A stretch of 64,000 nt of DNA from Methanobacteriota archaeon (lineage in GTDB: Archaea; Halobacteriota; Bog-38; Methanoflorentales; Methanoflorentaceae), in assembly GCA_963719035.1 (NCBI GenBank), contig CAVRAO010000002.1, positions 512,001-576,000 on the forward strand, given 5' to 3'. This document shows, piece by piece, positions 9,414-19,073 of this stretch (its first letter is position 1; every line of letters starts with the position of its first letter). Made by a program: the position numbers and the translations under genes. The notes under the pieces were generated by a model that made no database searches, was not told where the DNA came from, and saw only the letters and a program-made list of their open reading frames with translations.

Positions 9414-9840
9414 TTACTACTTAATTTTTTCAACACCTACACGCGCCATACGATCACAGAAATTAACGTGAACCCAGTCGCTCGGAGCCTTTGGGAGCGG
9501 TTAGATAGACACGGTCGACAGTCTTGCAAGCCTTGAGAATGCATGGGCCAATCGTATCATTGGGTCGTAACTTAGTTTTACGCAATGCTGCGAGATTTTG
9601 GGGCGATGAATCCGGGAGCTCGTTTATTTAGCGCACTCTACAATAAGTCCGAGTGATGTTTAGCTACGGGCAAAGTGAGGGAAGACGTTGTGGTTTGACA
9701 CGTAGTCGTTTATATTGGTCGCATGCGACTACGTGCAGGTCTACACCTTAGCGAAAGAGAGGCTCTTAAAGGTGCTTGTCTCGTCATGCTCTGTTTTAAC
9801 CCGGCTATTGTGCTTAAAAAGAGGGCCATAAGACGCTGGG

Positions 9841-10056
9841 TTATTCTGCAGCGCCTTTTATGCAGTAGTAGTAACCGCTGAGTGTGTGTTCGATCGACAC
9901 AGGACAGCTATAGCACACGCATCCCTTCATCTGAGGTGTGTTTTCGCTCTTGCCCATAGCGCAAAACACGCGACCCTTAAGGTTGTTCTGCGAATAGGTG
10001 TGGCAAGTCATGCAAATGCACTTCTCCTTGTTTTCGGGAGTCATCGGAACCTTCAT
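9841..10056 (-). CDS. DUF2769-type Cys-rich small protein
   Basis: CIC..C..Y...FC..GKS....GC.C..CPV......YYC..G pattern, GGGTG RBS. Confidence 0.8.
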   Translation of the reverse strand: MKVPMTPENKEKCICMTCHTYSQNNLKGRVFCAMGKSENTPQMKGCVCYSCPVSIEHTLSGYYYCIKGAAE

Positions 10057-10305
10057 TCGGCTTCACACCCTCTTGACCTTTCGCGTATCAAACTGTAACA
10101 ACTCAAAGCAAAGAGGGGTATTTTGCATATCGTATAGAATCCTGTCGAAATTTCGTTTCAATGCGACTTGGATGGCAAAGGTGCTTCCGTTGTTATTCTG
10201 GAAGAACTCTGGAAAACGCTTAAGCATTCGATACGTTACGGGATATTCATAAGATACCTTTTTAGGGCAACGCAAGTTTATCATTACGTATAAGGAGGTC
10301 AGGAA

Positions 10306-11268
10306 ATGATTAAGGAGATCACCGCACGGGAACTAAATATCGATGGCTTCATCAACGAGAAGATCAAGGAGATCAAGGAGATTGTCGGGGATGGAATGGC
10401 GATCAACGCCCTCTCCGGAGGAGTTGATTCGTCCACAGTCACAATGCTCGGGCATCGTGCCCTAGGGAACCGCCTAAAGACCCTATTCATTGACAACGGC
10501 ATCATGCGCGAGGGGGAGGCAGGACAGGTTGTGGGCCTCTTCAGAAATCTCGGTGTCAAGGTTAAGGTAATCGATGCGCGCAAGGAGTTCTTCTCGGCAT
10601 TCAAGGGAATCACTGACCCAGAAGAGAAGCGTGAAGCTGTGACCCAGACCTTTTACCGGGATATATTCGGACGCATAGTCAAGGAAAGCGGTGCGAAACA
10701 CCTCCTTCAGGGGACTATCTTAACCGATGTCGATGAGACAATCGCGGGGATTAAGCGGCAACACAATGTCTTCGAGCAACTGGGAATAGACCCGGAAGAG
10801 GCTTTCGGCTACCGCATTATCGAACCGCTTATTCAGCTTCGCAAAGACAGTGTTAGGTTAGTAGGCAAGGCCCTCGGTCTTCCCGCGGAGCTTTTCGAAC
10901 GCATACCGTTCCCGGGGCCGGCACTCGCGGCACGTGTGATAGGAGAGGTAACCCCAGAACGTATCGAAACGGTTCGAAAGGCGACTAATGTCGTAGAGGA
11001 ATTGTTAAAAGACACCGGTGCATTCCAGTATATGGCGATCCTTCACGAAGATCGTGTTACCGGCATACGCGACGGCAAGCGTGACTTCGGCCAGCAGATC
11101 GAAGTTCGCTGCTGGAACAGCATCGATGCGCGCACCGCGACACCAACCCGACTTTCCTTTGAAATTCTCGAAAATGTCGCCGGGGAGATTATCAGCAAAG
11201 TGCCCGGCATTGTCAGCGTCACTTATAATATTACCTCCAAACCACCCTCAACGATCGAGGTCGTCTAA
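10306..11268 (+). CDS. guaAB: GMP synthase subunit B (ATP pyrophosphatase)
   Basis: ALSGGVDSS PP-loop, DPEEKR, LLQGTI, PFPGPALAAR and KPPSTIE motifs, with AGGAGG RBS. Confidence 0.9.
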   Translation: MIKEITARELNIDGFINEKIKEIKEIVGDGMAINALSGGVDSSTVTMLGHRALGNRLKTLFIDNGIMREGEAGQVVGLFRNLGVKVKVIDARKEFFSAFKGITDPEEKREAVTQTFYRDIFGRIVKESGAKHLLQGTILTDVDETIAGIKRQHNVFEQLGIDPEEAFGYRIIEPLIQLRKDSVRLVGKALGLPAELFERIPFPGPALAARVIGEVTPERIETVRKATNVVEELLKDTGAFQYMAILHEDRVTGIRDGKRDFGQQIEVRCWNSIDARTATPTRLSFEILENVAGEIISKVPGIVSVTYNITSKPPSTIEVV

Positions 11269-11288
11269 TACCCGTTGAGGATTCGCAA

Positions 11289-12638
11289 ATGTCCGACCTA
11301 TCCATCTCCCGCTCCGACGACCCCTCCGCGAACGCCGCCACCGTCTCCCCCGACCGCGTCCGCGCTGAGTTCCTCCACGCCTGGAACGGCTACAAACAAT
11401 ACGCCTGGGGCCACGACGCGCTCAAGCCGCTGTCCAGGACCTACTCCGACTGGTACCAGACCTCCTTGCTTATGACCCCGGTCGACGCCTTAGACACCAT
11501 GATCCTGATGGGCCTGACCGCCGAGGCGGCCGAGGCCAAAGACTTAATCCTGTCCCGGCTCGACTTCGACCTCGACATGGAGGTCCAGCACTTCGAGGTA
11601 GCCATCCGCATCCTGGGCGGCCTTATCTCCGCCCAGCAACTCGACGGCGACCCCCGCTTCCTCGAGCTCGCCATCGACCTCGCCGACCGTATGCTTCCCG
11701 TCTTTGGCTCCAACACCGGCATGCCCTACCGCTTCGTCAACCTCAAAACGCACAAGACCCGCTGCCGCTTTACCAACCCCGCCGAGATCGGCACCAATAT
11801 CCTCGAATACGGGACCCTCTCCCGCCTCACCGGCGACCCCAAATATTTCGACGCCGCCAAACGAGCGATGGTCGCGCTTTATCATCGCCGCTCGCAGATC
11901 GGCCTAGTCGGGTCGATGATCGACGTCGTGACCGGCGGGTGGATGGTCAAAGAGAGCCACGTGGGTGGTAGAATCGATAGCTACTACGAGTACCTTTTAA
12001 AGGGCGCGATCCTGTTCGACGACGCCGAGCTTTGGGCTATGTGGCAGGACACGATCGCGGCGATCAACGCCCACGTGGCCGACGAGACCAGCGGAGGGCT
12101 CTGGTACGGCCATGTCAACATGAAAAATGGCAAGCAACGGGCCACGGCCTTCGGCGCTCTCTACGCCTTCTTCCCCGCTGTCCTCGCCCTGGGCGGAGAC
12201 CTCAACCGCGCCGCCCGCCTCGAAGACTCGTGCTACAAGATGTGGACCCTCTACGGCACTGCGCCCGAACTGCTTGACTACAAAACCATGAAGGTCGTCT
12301 TAGGCTCCTACCAGCTCCGGCCCGAGATCGTCGAGTCGGCCTACTACCTTTATCACTTCACCGGCGACGAGAAGTATCGGCGGATGGGTGCGACCTTTTT
12401 CAACACCCTTGTCGCACGGTGCAAGACCGACGCAGGCTACGCCGCCCTCGCCGATGTCCGCACGGGCGTCCAGACTGACGCGATGGAGAGTTACTTTCTG
12501 GCCGAGACCATGAAATACTTCTACTTACTATTCGCCCCGCCCCAGGCCTTCGACTTCGAGAAGGCCGTCTTCAACACCGAGGCCCATCCGATTTGGAAGA
12601 AGAGTAGGCGAGTAGCGGAATGTTTAATGAAGTGCTGA
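11289..12638 (+). CDS. Glycoside hydrolase family 47 (class I alpha-1,2-mannosidase)
   Basis: AWGHDALKP, FEVAIRILGGL, DSYYEYLLK, LRPEIVES, ESYFLAETMKY and NTEAHP motifs. Confidence 0.93.
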   Translation: MSDLSISRSDDPSANAATVSPDRVRAEFLHAWNGYKQYAWGHDALKPLSRTYSDWYQTSLLMTPVDALDTMILMGLTAEAAEAKDLILSRLDFDLDMEVQHFEVAIRILGGLISAQQLDGDPRFLELAIDLADRMLPVFGSNTGMPYRFVNLKTHKTRCRFTNPAEIGTNILEYGTLSRLTGDPKYFDAAKRAMVALYHRRSQIGLVGSMIDVVTGGWMVKESHVGGRIDSYYEYLLKGAILFDDAELWAMWQDTIAAINAHVADETSGGLWYGHVNMKNGKQRATAFGALYAFFPAVLALGGDLNRAARLEDSCYKMWTLYGTAPELLDYKTMKVVLGSYQLRPEIVESAYYLYHFTGDEKYRRMGATFFNTLVARCKTDAGYAALADVRTGVQTDAMESYFLAETMKYFYLLFAPPQAFDFEKAVFNTEAHPIWKKSRRVAECLMKC

Positions 12639-12881
12639 GAGGGTGTCGATCTGCACTTGAAAGGTCACACAGCATGAATCAGTCAGTTATCATTACAGCA
12701 CCTTGCTCAACGGAATGCTCACCGGCTAGTTTCCCGGCAGGGAGCAAAAGAATCCGCTGGCCTATCACGACGGCTTGTTCCGTGCTTACCGCAGCATCAA
12801 TGCACCTCACTCACGGTCCCGGTCAAAGCGTGTAAGTATCTGTATGAAAAAGACTTGCAGCAAACCTTAAGGAGGACTATA

Positions 12882-13145
12882 ATGCCTAGAGTGGTTCATT
12901 TCGAGCTGCCTGCGGATGATCCAAAGCAGGCGGTCGCGTTTTATGAAAAGGCGGTTGGCTGGACCATCACCAAGTGGGGAGGGCCCTTCGATTATTTGCT
13001 AGTTGCCACAGGACTCGATGACGAACCGGGAATCAATGGTGCGATAACACCGCGCATGATGGCTGAGCAGGTCACCACAGATACCATTGGCGTCGAATCC
13101 GTGGATAATTCACTGAATTTCGCGAAACGCGACGGTAGTAATTAA
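12882..13145 (+). pseudogene. VOC/glyoxalase family protein, C-terminally truncated
   Basis: MPRVVHFELPADDP...FY....GW and PGINGAI motifs. Lacks the final DTEGN-type strand. AGGAGG RBS. Confidence 0.7.
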
Positions 13146-13245
13146 CGCGCTTGTTATCGCAACCGAGCCGCCTAGATAAACCAGAACAGTAAGCAAAAAG
13201 ATAATAAAGGAACGTAACAAACCAAAGCGATGGTTAGAATAAAAA

Positions 13246-13353
13246 ATGAAACATTGCGAAAACTGTAAAAAACGAGAAAACTGTGACTTCCCTGAAGACT
13301 TCCGCGAACTAACGTGGCGTCGGCATGGGCATTGCAGATGGCGTGAAGAATAG
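13246..13353 (+). CDS. 35-aa Cys-rich microprotein (MKHCENCKKRENCDFPEDFRELTWRRHGHCRWREE)
   Basis: Hand translation showing CxxC-x5-C...C. Confidence 0.4.
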   Translation: MKHCENCKKRENCDFPEDFRELTWRRHGHCRWREE

Positions 13354-13477
13354 AAGGATTATTGAGATAGCGGCTGACGATTAACCTTTCAACGCACGCA
13401 CACATATTACGACAGCCGACGCCGACACTGAAAAATTTCTTAATATCGCCGAACTGTAGCTGCCGCTGTGTTTTCGT

Positions 13478-13882
13478 TTATCTCTGTTTCGTATCGCTAA
13501 GGCAATTCGCTCCGTTTTTTGCTCTATCAGGCTTGCACTCTTGGCCGGGGAACAGCCCTTTAAAACGAGCAACTGGCTTTTCTGGGTCGGATATACAAAA
13601 ACTCAATAAATAGTAGTCTTCAGTTTGACTAACATCATAGCTTTCAATGCGTAGCGGCAACGTTTCCTTATCGTGCGAGAAAATAGCTTCTCCTCGCTCT
13701 TTAATAGCTATTTCATTCAGCCTATCTATTTCAGCGTCCCACTCGGCTTTGTTCTCAGGTGACTCCTGTGCGACTTCTTTAAAGCGCTTTTGAAGATATG
13801 TAGTCGCCTCTTTAGCCAGCTGTTCTAAAAGGGCCGTGCGAGCTTTTACTTTGATATCAGTCATGCGTCTAAACGTTTCCAT
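13478..13882 (-). CDS. Hypothetical protein
   Basis: GAGAGGT RBS and ATG, protein-like composition, no recognisable family. Confidence 0.55.
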   Translation of the reverse strand: METFRRMTDIKVKARTALLEQLAKEATTYLQKRFKEVAQESPENKAEWDAEIDRLNEIAIKERGEAIFSHDKETLPLRIESYDVSQTEDYYLLSFCISDPEKPVARFKGLFPGQECKPDRAKNGANCLSDTKQR

Positions 13883-13885
13883 GAC

Positions 13886-14002
13886 CTACCTCTCTATCTC
13901 TCCTCTATTGAACGCGTCTTTATGCTTCTCTAAGCAGGTCTGGGCCAACCTGACTACATCATCTTGTGAGAGTTCTTGCTTCTTGGCGCCTATAAAGTCC
14001 AT
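13886..14002 (-). CDS. 38-aa ORF duplicating the C-half of the neighbouring RHH-like protein
   Basis: MDFIGAKKQELSQDDVVRLAQTCLEKHKDAFNRGEIER versus KQELSQDAIVRLALACLERHK. Confidence 0.5.
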   Translation of the reverse strand: MDFIGAKKQELSQDDVVRLAQTCLEKHKDAFNRGEIER

Positions 14003-14175
14003 ATTTTTTCAACCTCTTGCTTGTGCCGTTCTAAGCAAGCGAGTGCTAGCCTGACAATAGCGTCTTGTGACAGCTCCTGCTTCATGGCTAACTGTATCTC
14101 GAGCTTGAACATTATTAACCATTCTTTTGTGTCTTTGGAGACAGTGATAGTTGTTTTGTCTTCAACACTGACCAT
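13990..14175 (-). CDS. Small ribbon-helix-helix-like DNA-binding protein
   Basis: KTTITVSKDTKEWL...SQDAIVRL pattern. Confidence 0.6.
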   Translation of the reverse strand: MVSVEDKTTITVSKDTKEWLIMFKLEIQLAMKQELSQDAIVRLALACLERHKQEVEKIWTL

Positions 14176-14385
14176 AGTTCCACCAGCCTTTACAATATTG
14201 TAATGCTAGACATTACTAAAACGGCAGTTTTTAAGTTTGGGATTTAATCCTGCAAAGCGGCCGTCAAGCAGTGCAATGACAAGGACGTGCATGAAGCATA
14301 TGCAAACGTGCACTTTTAGGATTTGTGGCGCATAACAGTATTAGATCGTGTTAGCTGAACGAATTTGAAAGGAGGTGACAGAAGA

Positions 14386-14568
14386 ATGACAACAAAAACT
14401 CCTACAAAAGTGGTGACTATCGAGATGGCCGAGCACGTCTACGAGAAAATCAATGATCTGAGGGGGGTCGTCACTATAAGCGACTACATACTCGAGCTGA
14501 TTAACGAGCATCTCAAGAAGCAGAAGCCAATCCCACCAGAGGTCGTTGACAGGGCACTAATCGATTAG
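14386..14568 (+). CDS. Small RHH/CopG-like protein
   Basis: AGGAGGTGA RBS and KVVTIEMAEHVYEKI..LRG..TISDYILELI. Confidence 0.65.
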   Translation: MTTKTPTKVVTIEMAEHVYEKINDLRGVVTISDYILELINEHLKKQKPIPPEVVDRALID

Positions 14569-14727
14569 ATGGCGATCTGTGGCTTATTCTTCTAACAAGA
14601 ACTGCTCGTGGCCTACTTATGTATTGTTCAAAGCCCATCTCTTTAAGGATGCGGCCGCATTGTGCAACTACCTGTATTAGCGCTGAGATGCATTCTCACG
14701 CTCCCGCAATACCACTTATGCGCGTCG

Positions 14728-15165
14728 CTATGGGTTCTTTACGACAACCACGGGTACCTTAGCCTCACGTATAATTTTATCAGTAACACTGCCAATGAAT
14801 AGGCGATCCAGACCTTTACGTGCGTGCGCCCCCATAATGATGAGGTCAATCCCGTGGCTTTCAGCATATTCGGCTAGTCTCTCTGCAACAGAGCCATCGA
14901 GCATCTTAGTGACAACACGTTCTCCTCTAACCCCGCGCGCAGTAAGCTCTTTCTTAGCGTTAGCGACAATCTCCTCGCCTTTACTGAGCAGGGTGTAGTA
15001 CATGGTCTCCCCCCGGGTACTCGGATACGTGGTACCCCACGCGTCTAGAACGTAAACCGCATGTACCGTTGCATCCGCAAGTTGCGCCATGTAAGCACTG
15101 TGATCGTAGACGGGTCCCATAAGTTCCCCGCCGTCAGTTCCTATTAAGATGCTTTTGTATTCCAT
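14728..15165 (-). CDS. Universal stress protein
   Basis: YKSILIGTDG, DLIIMGAHAR.GL..LFIGSV..KIIR...PVVVV. Start adjusted to ATG after GAGGTGA. Confidence 0.92.
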   Translation of the reverse strand: MEYKSILIGTDGGELMGPVYDHSAYMAQLADATVHAVYVLDAWGTTYPSTRGETMYYTLLSKGEEIVANAKKELTARGVRGERVVTKMLDGSVAERLAEYAESHGIDLIIMGAHARKGLDRLFIGSVTDKIIREAKVPVVVVKNP

Positions 15166-15884
15166 AGAGTTCACCTCATTAGACCGCTGATGCCGCCTCT
15201 TCAAAAGCCCTCCCCACAAAGCAACTTCGCAGAGAGAGTGACACGAGCACGAGCAGAACAATCAGTCGTTTCATCGTCAACGTCACCTCCTCAGCGGCAG
15301 CATGTGCGTGCGAACCTCCCGCTGTAAAAACTGCTTAATATAACGCACTCTTGAGATAAGGATTGCTGTGATTCTATACTGCAGACGGTCCCGTCTAGCA
15401 AAGCTGAAGCTGTCACTAGCAACTTAGCGTGCAACGACCTCTTGCACCTGTTGAAGCCATTGGCAACGTTGATCTTCAGTACTTGTCACCGCCACACTAA
15501 ACATTTCACGGTAGAAAGTGCTAACGCCGCACAGGTCGAAAATGCAATTCTTCCACAGGAGTTCTGATAACCCGCATTGAGGATAATATTATTAGTATGC
15601 CACAGATGCACCCACTTAGAAAAAGCAAAGCGGCATCAAAATAAAGAGGTAACGCATGAGCGACGCCACTAATGCGAAAGGAGCGAAGATCGGTAAGCTA
15701 TTTCAGACGATTACGGGGGGCGTCCATTTATGTTTCGAATTGTAGAGGGTAGGTAATATATGGACGACGCTTATAGGAGTAAACCCATGATACGATACGC
15801 GCGCAGCGCGCCCGATATACTAAGCAAAGCGACGAACGCGCCATTATATCATTAGGTGATACATGTAAAACCGAGGGCCTGAAA

Positions 15885-16271
15885 ATGGCTATTAACCTAG
15901 ATAAAGCCGGAGCGAAGATTATGAAAACGTTTAGACGTAGCGATATTGCCCGCGATAGGGACAGGTATAAGGACAATATCGCCTGGTGGATGAACCGTTA
16001 TGAGACGCTAATTACGACCGAGGCGGAAGACGTCGTACGAAACGCGGTAACGATGTTAAACGACGCGGTCGCTCTGAGGGATAACGCCGTTAATTTACTC
16101 GCGCAACTCGATAACGACGCTATGGAAGTGGAGCGCGAAATAACGCGCTTGGGCGGGATCGCGTTTATTGAACAATTACAGCCGACGATCAAAGAACGAA
16201 AGGTATACCTCGATAATTTGTATGAATCGCTCACGCGAGGGCGGCCCGCAGAGAGATGGGAAAATCCGTGA
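15885..16271 (+). CDS. Hypothetical helical/coiled-coil protein
   Basis: 128-aa ORF with heptad-like pattern. Confidence 0.55.
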   Translation: MAINLDKAGAKIMKTFRRSDIARDRDRYKDNIAWWMNRYETLITTEAEDVVRNAVTMLNDAVALRDNAVNLLAQLDNDAMEVEREITRLGGIAFIEQLQPTIKERKVYLDNLYESLTRGRPAERWENP

Positions 16272-16432
16272 TTAAAGAGGATATAGCCGCAACGTGGGCT
16301 AGTGGGACTTTAGGATGCTAAAAAGAGGCGTGAAACTGCGCGACCATGAGAAGTGGGTTAGTTCTTAGTCTTGTCACACACTGGGGCTAAACCCGGGGTT
16401 GCGTAATTTTTAGGCAAACGGGCCGCTATGTC

Positions 16433-16618
16433 ATGGGTTTGGCAATGGCAAAAGAATCAATTCTATTCAACGACGAAAACCGTGATGCACAACTAGCTAT
16501 TGTCGTAATTTTAGGGCTTATTCTTCTGTTTATGTATCCCCTCGCTGCTGTGTGCGGGGCGATTATTATTGCAGTACCGTTTATTATCACATGGGCGTTG
16601 GGTAGTTGGCGAAATTAG
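16433..16618 (+). CDS. Small membrane protein
   Basis: Two hydrophobic segments. Confidence 0.5.
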   Translation: MGLAMAKESILFNDENRDAQLAIVVILGLILLFMYPLAAVCGAIIIAVPFIITWALGSWRN

Positions 16619-16873
16619 TGAAATGAGTGGTAGTAGCGGCTTAATATATGTGAAAACCCCAATTATCGCGTTATGAAAAAAAGGTTGTAGCTGCGAGACG
16701 AGCAAAAAAAACACAGGTGATTAACTGACTAAATTGCATGACCCTAGAGGGGCAAGTCACACAAATTAGGCGAGAAGTCACCAGAGCGATGCAATCTCTT
16801 TCGGATTATGTATATGAAGTAAGATAAACAATGGAAAAAGAAATCTTAATACTCTGTAACCTAATTCCATACT

Positions 16874-17935
16874 GTGATAGATGCAGAACCTCTAATAACC
16901 GTCATTATCCCAACGTTTCGCAGGCCGAAGTTGTTACGAAGAGCGATCTTAAGTGTACTAAACCAGACGTTTTCAGCATTTCAGGTATGCGTATACGATG
17001 ACGCCTCAAATGATAATACGCAAAAAGTTGTGACTGAATTAGCGGAAACTGATTCAAGAATCAAGTATTACTGTCACGAACAAAATATAGGCGCGGGGGC
17101 AAATTTCAATTATGGACTAAAAGAGGTGAACACCCCTTTTTTTTCATTTCTCAGTGATGATGACCTACTTTTGCCACATTTTTTTGAAGTGGCCATGCAG
17201 TCTCTCAGCGCTAATCCTGATGTCATGTTTTATGCAGGGTTGACCATCCAAGTTGAAGATAACAAGATCATCGGTATTTACAAAAACGGTGGTTGCTTTG
17301 GATATTTTTCCCCTCCTGATAGTCTACTAGACATATTAGATCATCAATTACTGTGGAATTCGATTGTTTTCAGATCAAAGGTTCTGGATTGCGTTGGCTT
17401 AATAGACATTGACGTGGGTGGACCAGCAGACATAGACTTTGAGTTCCGTGTTACAACGCATCATCCAGTTATTATCTCAAATGAACCGAGTGCAATTAAC
17501 ATGCTGCACACACAATCTTTCTATGCCCTTTCGTCTGATTATAGACTATATCTGCCTGGGTTCAAACTTATCATTAATAAAATGATGTCAGACGAATCTC
17601 TCTCCTTAGATACCAGGATTCAAATCAAGAATAGACTTAATGCGTGGGTAGCTAACTTTCTTATAGCGATAGCAGAGCGAGCAAGCCTGAAGGGAGAGTT
17701 TGACAATGTCTCTGCTATTGCGGAAATACTGAAGCGTTTCTGCAATAAAAAAACGACGGCCCTTCTTCTTGTTGGCCGATTAAAACTGAAAAAATCAAGT
17801 GAGCCAGCCTTTTTTTTAGTCAGTTGGATAGAACGGTGGTTACGGTTTATTTTTCCACTTAACATAATAAACAAGATAAAACTCAAACAGCTTCAAAGGA
17901 AATATGGAGAGTATTTGCGCTACCTTGATACGTAA
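16874..17935 (+). CDS. Glycosyltransferase family 2
   Basis: ITVIIPTFRR, VYDDASNDNT and FLSDDD motifs. Confidence 0.92.
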   Translation: MIDAEPLITVIIPTFRRPKLLRRAILSVLNQTFSAFQVCVYDDASNDNTQKVVTELAETDSRIKYYCHEQNIGAGANFNYGLKEVNTPFFSFLSDDDLLLPHFFEVAMQSLSANPDVMFYAGLTIQVEDNKIIGIYKNGGCFGYFSPPDSLLDILDHQLLWNSIVFRSKVLDCVGLIDIDVGGPADIDFEFRVTTHHPVIISNEPSAINMLHTQSFYALSSDYRLYLPGFKLIINKMMSDESLSLDTRIQIKNRLNAWVANFLIAIAERASLKGEFDNVSAIAEILKRFCNKKTTALLLVGRLKLKKSSEPAFFLVSWIERWLRFIFPLNIINKIKLKQLQRKYGEYLRYLDT

Positions 17936-17954
17936 CTAGATCTGCTTCACGAAT

Positions 17955-19073
17955 ATGAAAGAAGATGTACCCTTGGCCCACGCGGGAATGGCGGCGCAAT
18001 TTGACCTCCAAAAACAACATTATGCAGAAGGAAAAGTCTTCACCCTCCAAATCGAATCAACCCTCCGATGTCCCCAATTATGCAACTATTGCTATGCAGG
18101 AAGCGCCCTCGAGAGCCCTCAAGGGCTATCCTCCGCAACTATTAGGCAGCTATTAGACGCTGCGGCCGCTTTGAAGGTGCAGATGATAGATTGGGTGGGA
18201 GGAGATCCCATTATGCGGAGGGACTGGGAGGCCCTCTGTACCTACGCCACTAGCTTAGGTCTAATTAACAACATCTGGACATCGGGCATCCCTCTCGCCA
18301 AACCGGGGGTCGCGGCAAGCGCGGTAAAAGCGACCCAAGGGGGTTTTATCTCGACGCATTTAGATTCGCTCGATCCGGAACTTTACGGGATTTTGCATGG
18401 CGGGGAAAAATGTCGCGGGGATGCACGTAATATCGGATTAATCCTGAAAGGCATAAACAACTGCTTGGCAGCGGGGAAGGACCCTGGAGGGATGGTCAAT
18501 TGCATCACCTATACGACTCCATTGGCCGCTGGAGACGCGCGGGCGACAATCGCCTATTTTCAGGAAAAGTTCGGCATCAAGACTTGCGTCACATTATTCA
18601 ACCCAGCGATCGACCGCATGGAAAATAGTTCTTGGGAGCCGACCAACGCCCAGATAAAGGATATCTTTAACTTCCGTGACCGGGTAAATTACCCGAACGA
18701 CCCCTCGTGCGGGCCTATGGATGTTTCGAAATTTTATTGTGGAACGCTTGTGTGTATCACCGCTGGGGGGTGGGTGGTCCCTTGTTCCGTGATCCGGACA
18801 GAGGAGTTTGGAAACGTGAATAAAGAAGAATTTTTAACCATTCTGGAGCGCGGGAGGCGGAGGCTCTTATTTTTAGATTTCCGGGATCCTGCCAAACTCC
18901 CTGGCAATTGCAGCAGTTGCTGCAATAATTCCTTTTGTTTCGGGTGTCGGAGTAGCGCCTACTATTATGCTGGCGACTTAATGGCCGCAGACCCCAAGTG
19001 TTTTCAATATAACCAATGTTCCACGACAAAGAAGGATTCTGATTCACACGGATGTAAGAGAAAGGATGAATAG
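17955..19073 (+). CDS. Radical SAM protein with SPASM domain
   Basis: CPQLCNYC, GGDP, and C-terminal C...PCS...CSSC...C.GCR..AY...GD..A.DP.C. Confidence 0.92.
   Translation: MKEDVPLAHAGMAAQFDLQKQHYAEGKVFTLQIESTLRCPQLCNYCYAGSALESPQGLSSATIRQLLDAAAALKVQMIDWVGGDPIMRRDWEALCTYATSLGLINNIWTSGIPLAKPGVAASAVKATQGGFISTHLDSLDPELYGILHGGEKCRGDARNIGLILKGINNCLAAGKDPGGMVNCITYTTPLAAGDARATIAYFQEKFGIKTCVTLFNPAIDRMENSSWEPTNAQIKDIFNFRDRVNYPNDPSCGPMDVSKFYCGTLVCITAGGWVVPCSVIRTEEFGNVNKEEFLTILERGRRRLLFLDFRDPAKLPGNCSSCCNNSFCFGCRSSAYYYAGDLMAADPKCFQYNQCSTTKKDSDSHGCKRKDE

Noticed and set aside
13883-13888. In-frame TAG between the 38-aa ORF and the 134-aa ORF as pyrrolysine readthrough
   Set aside because: The TAG is part of the downstream gene's RBS (GAGAGGTAG), and no pyl genes are in the window
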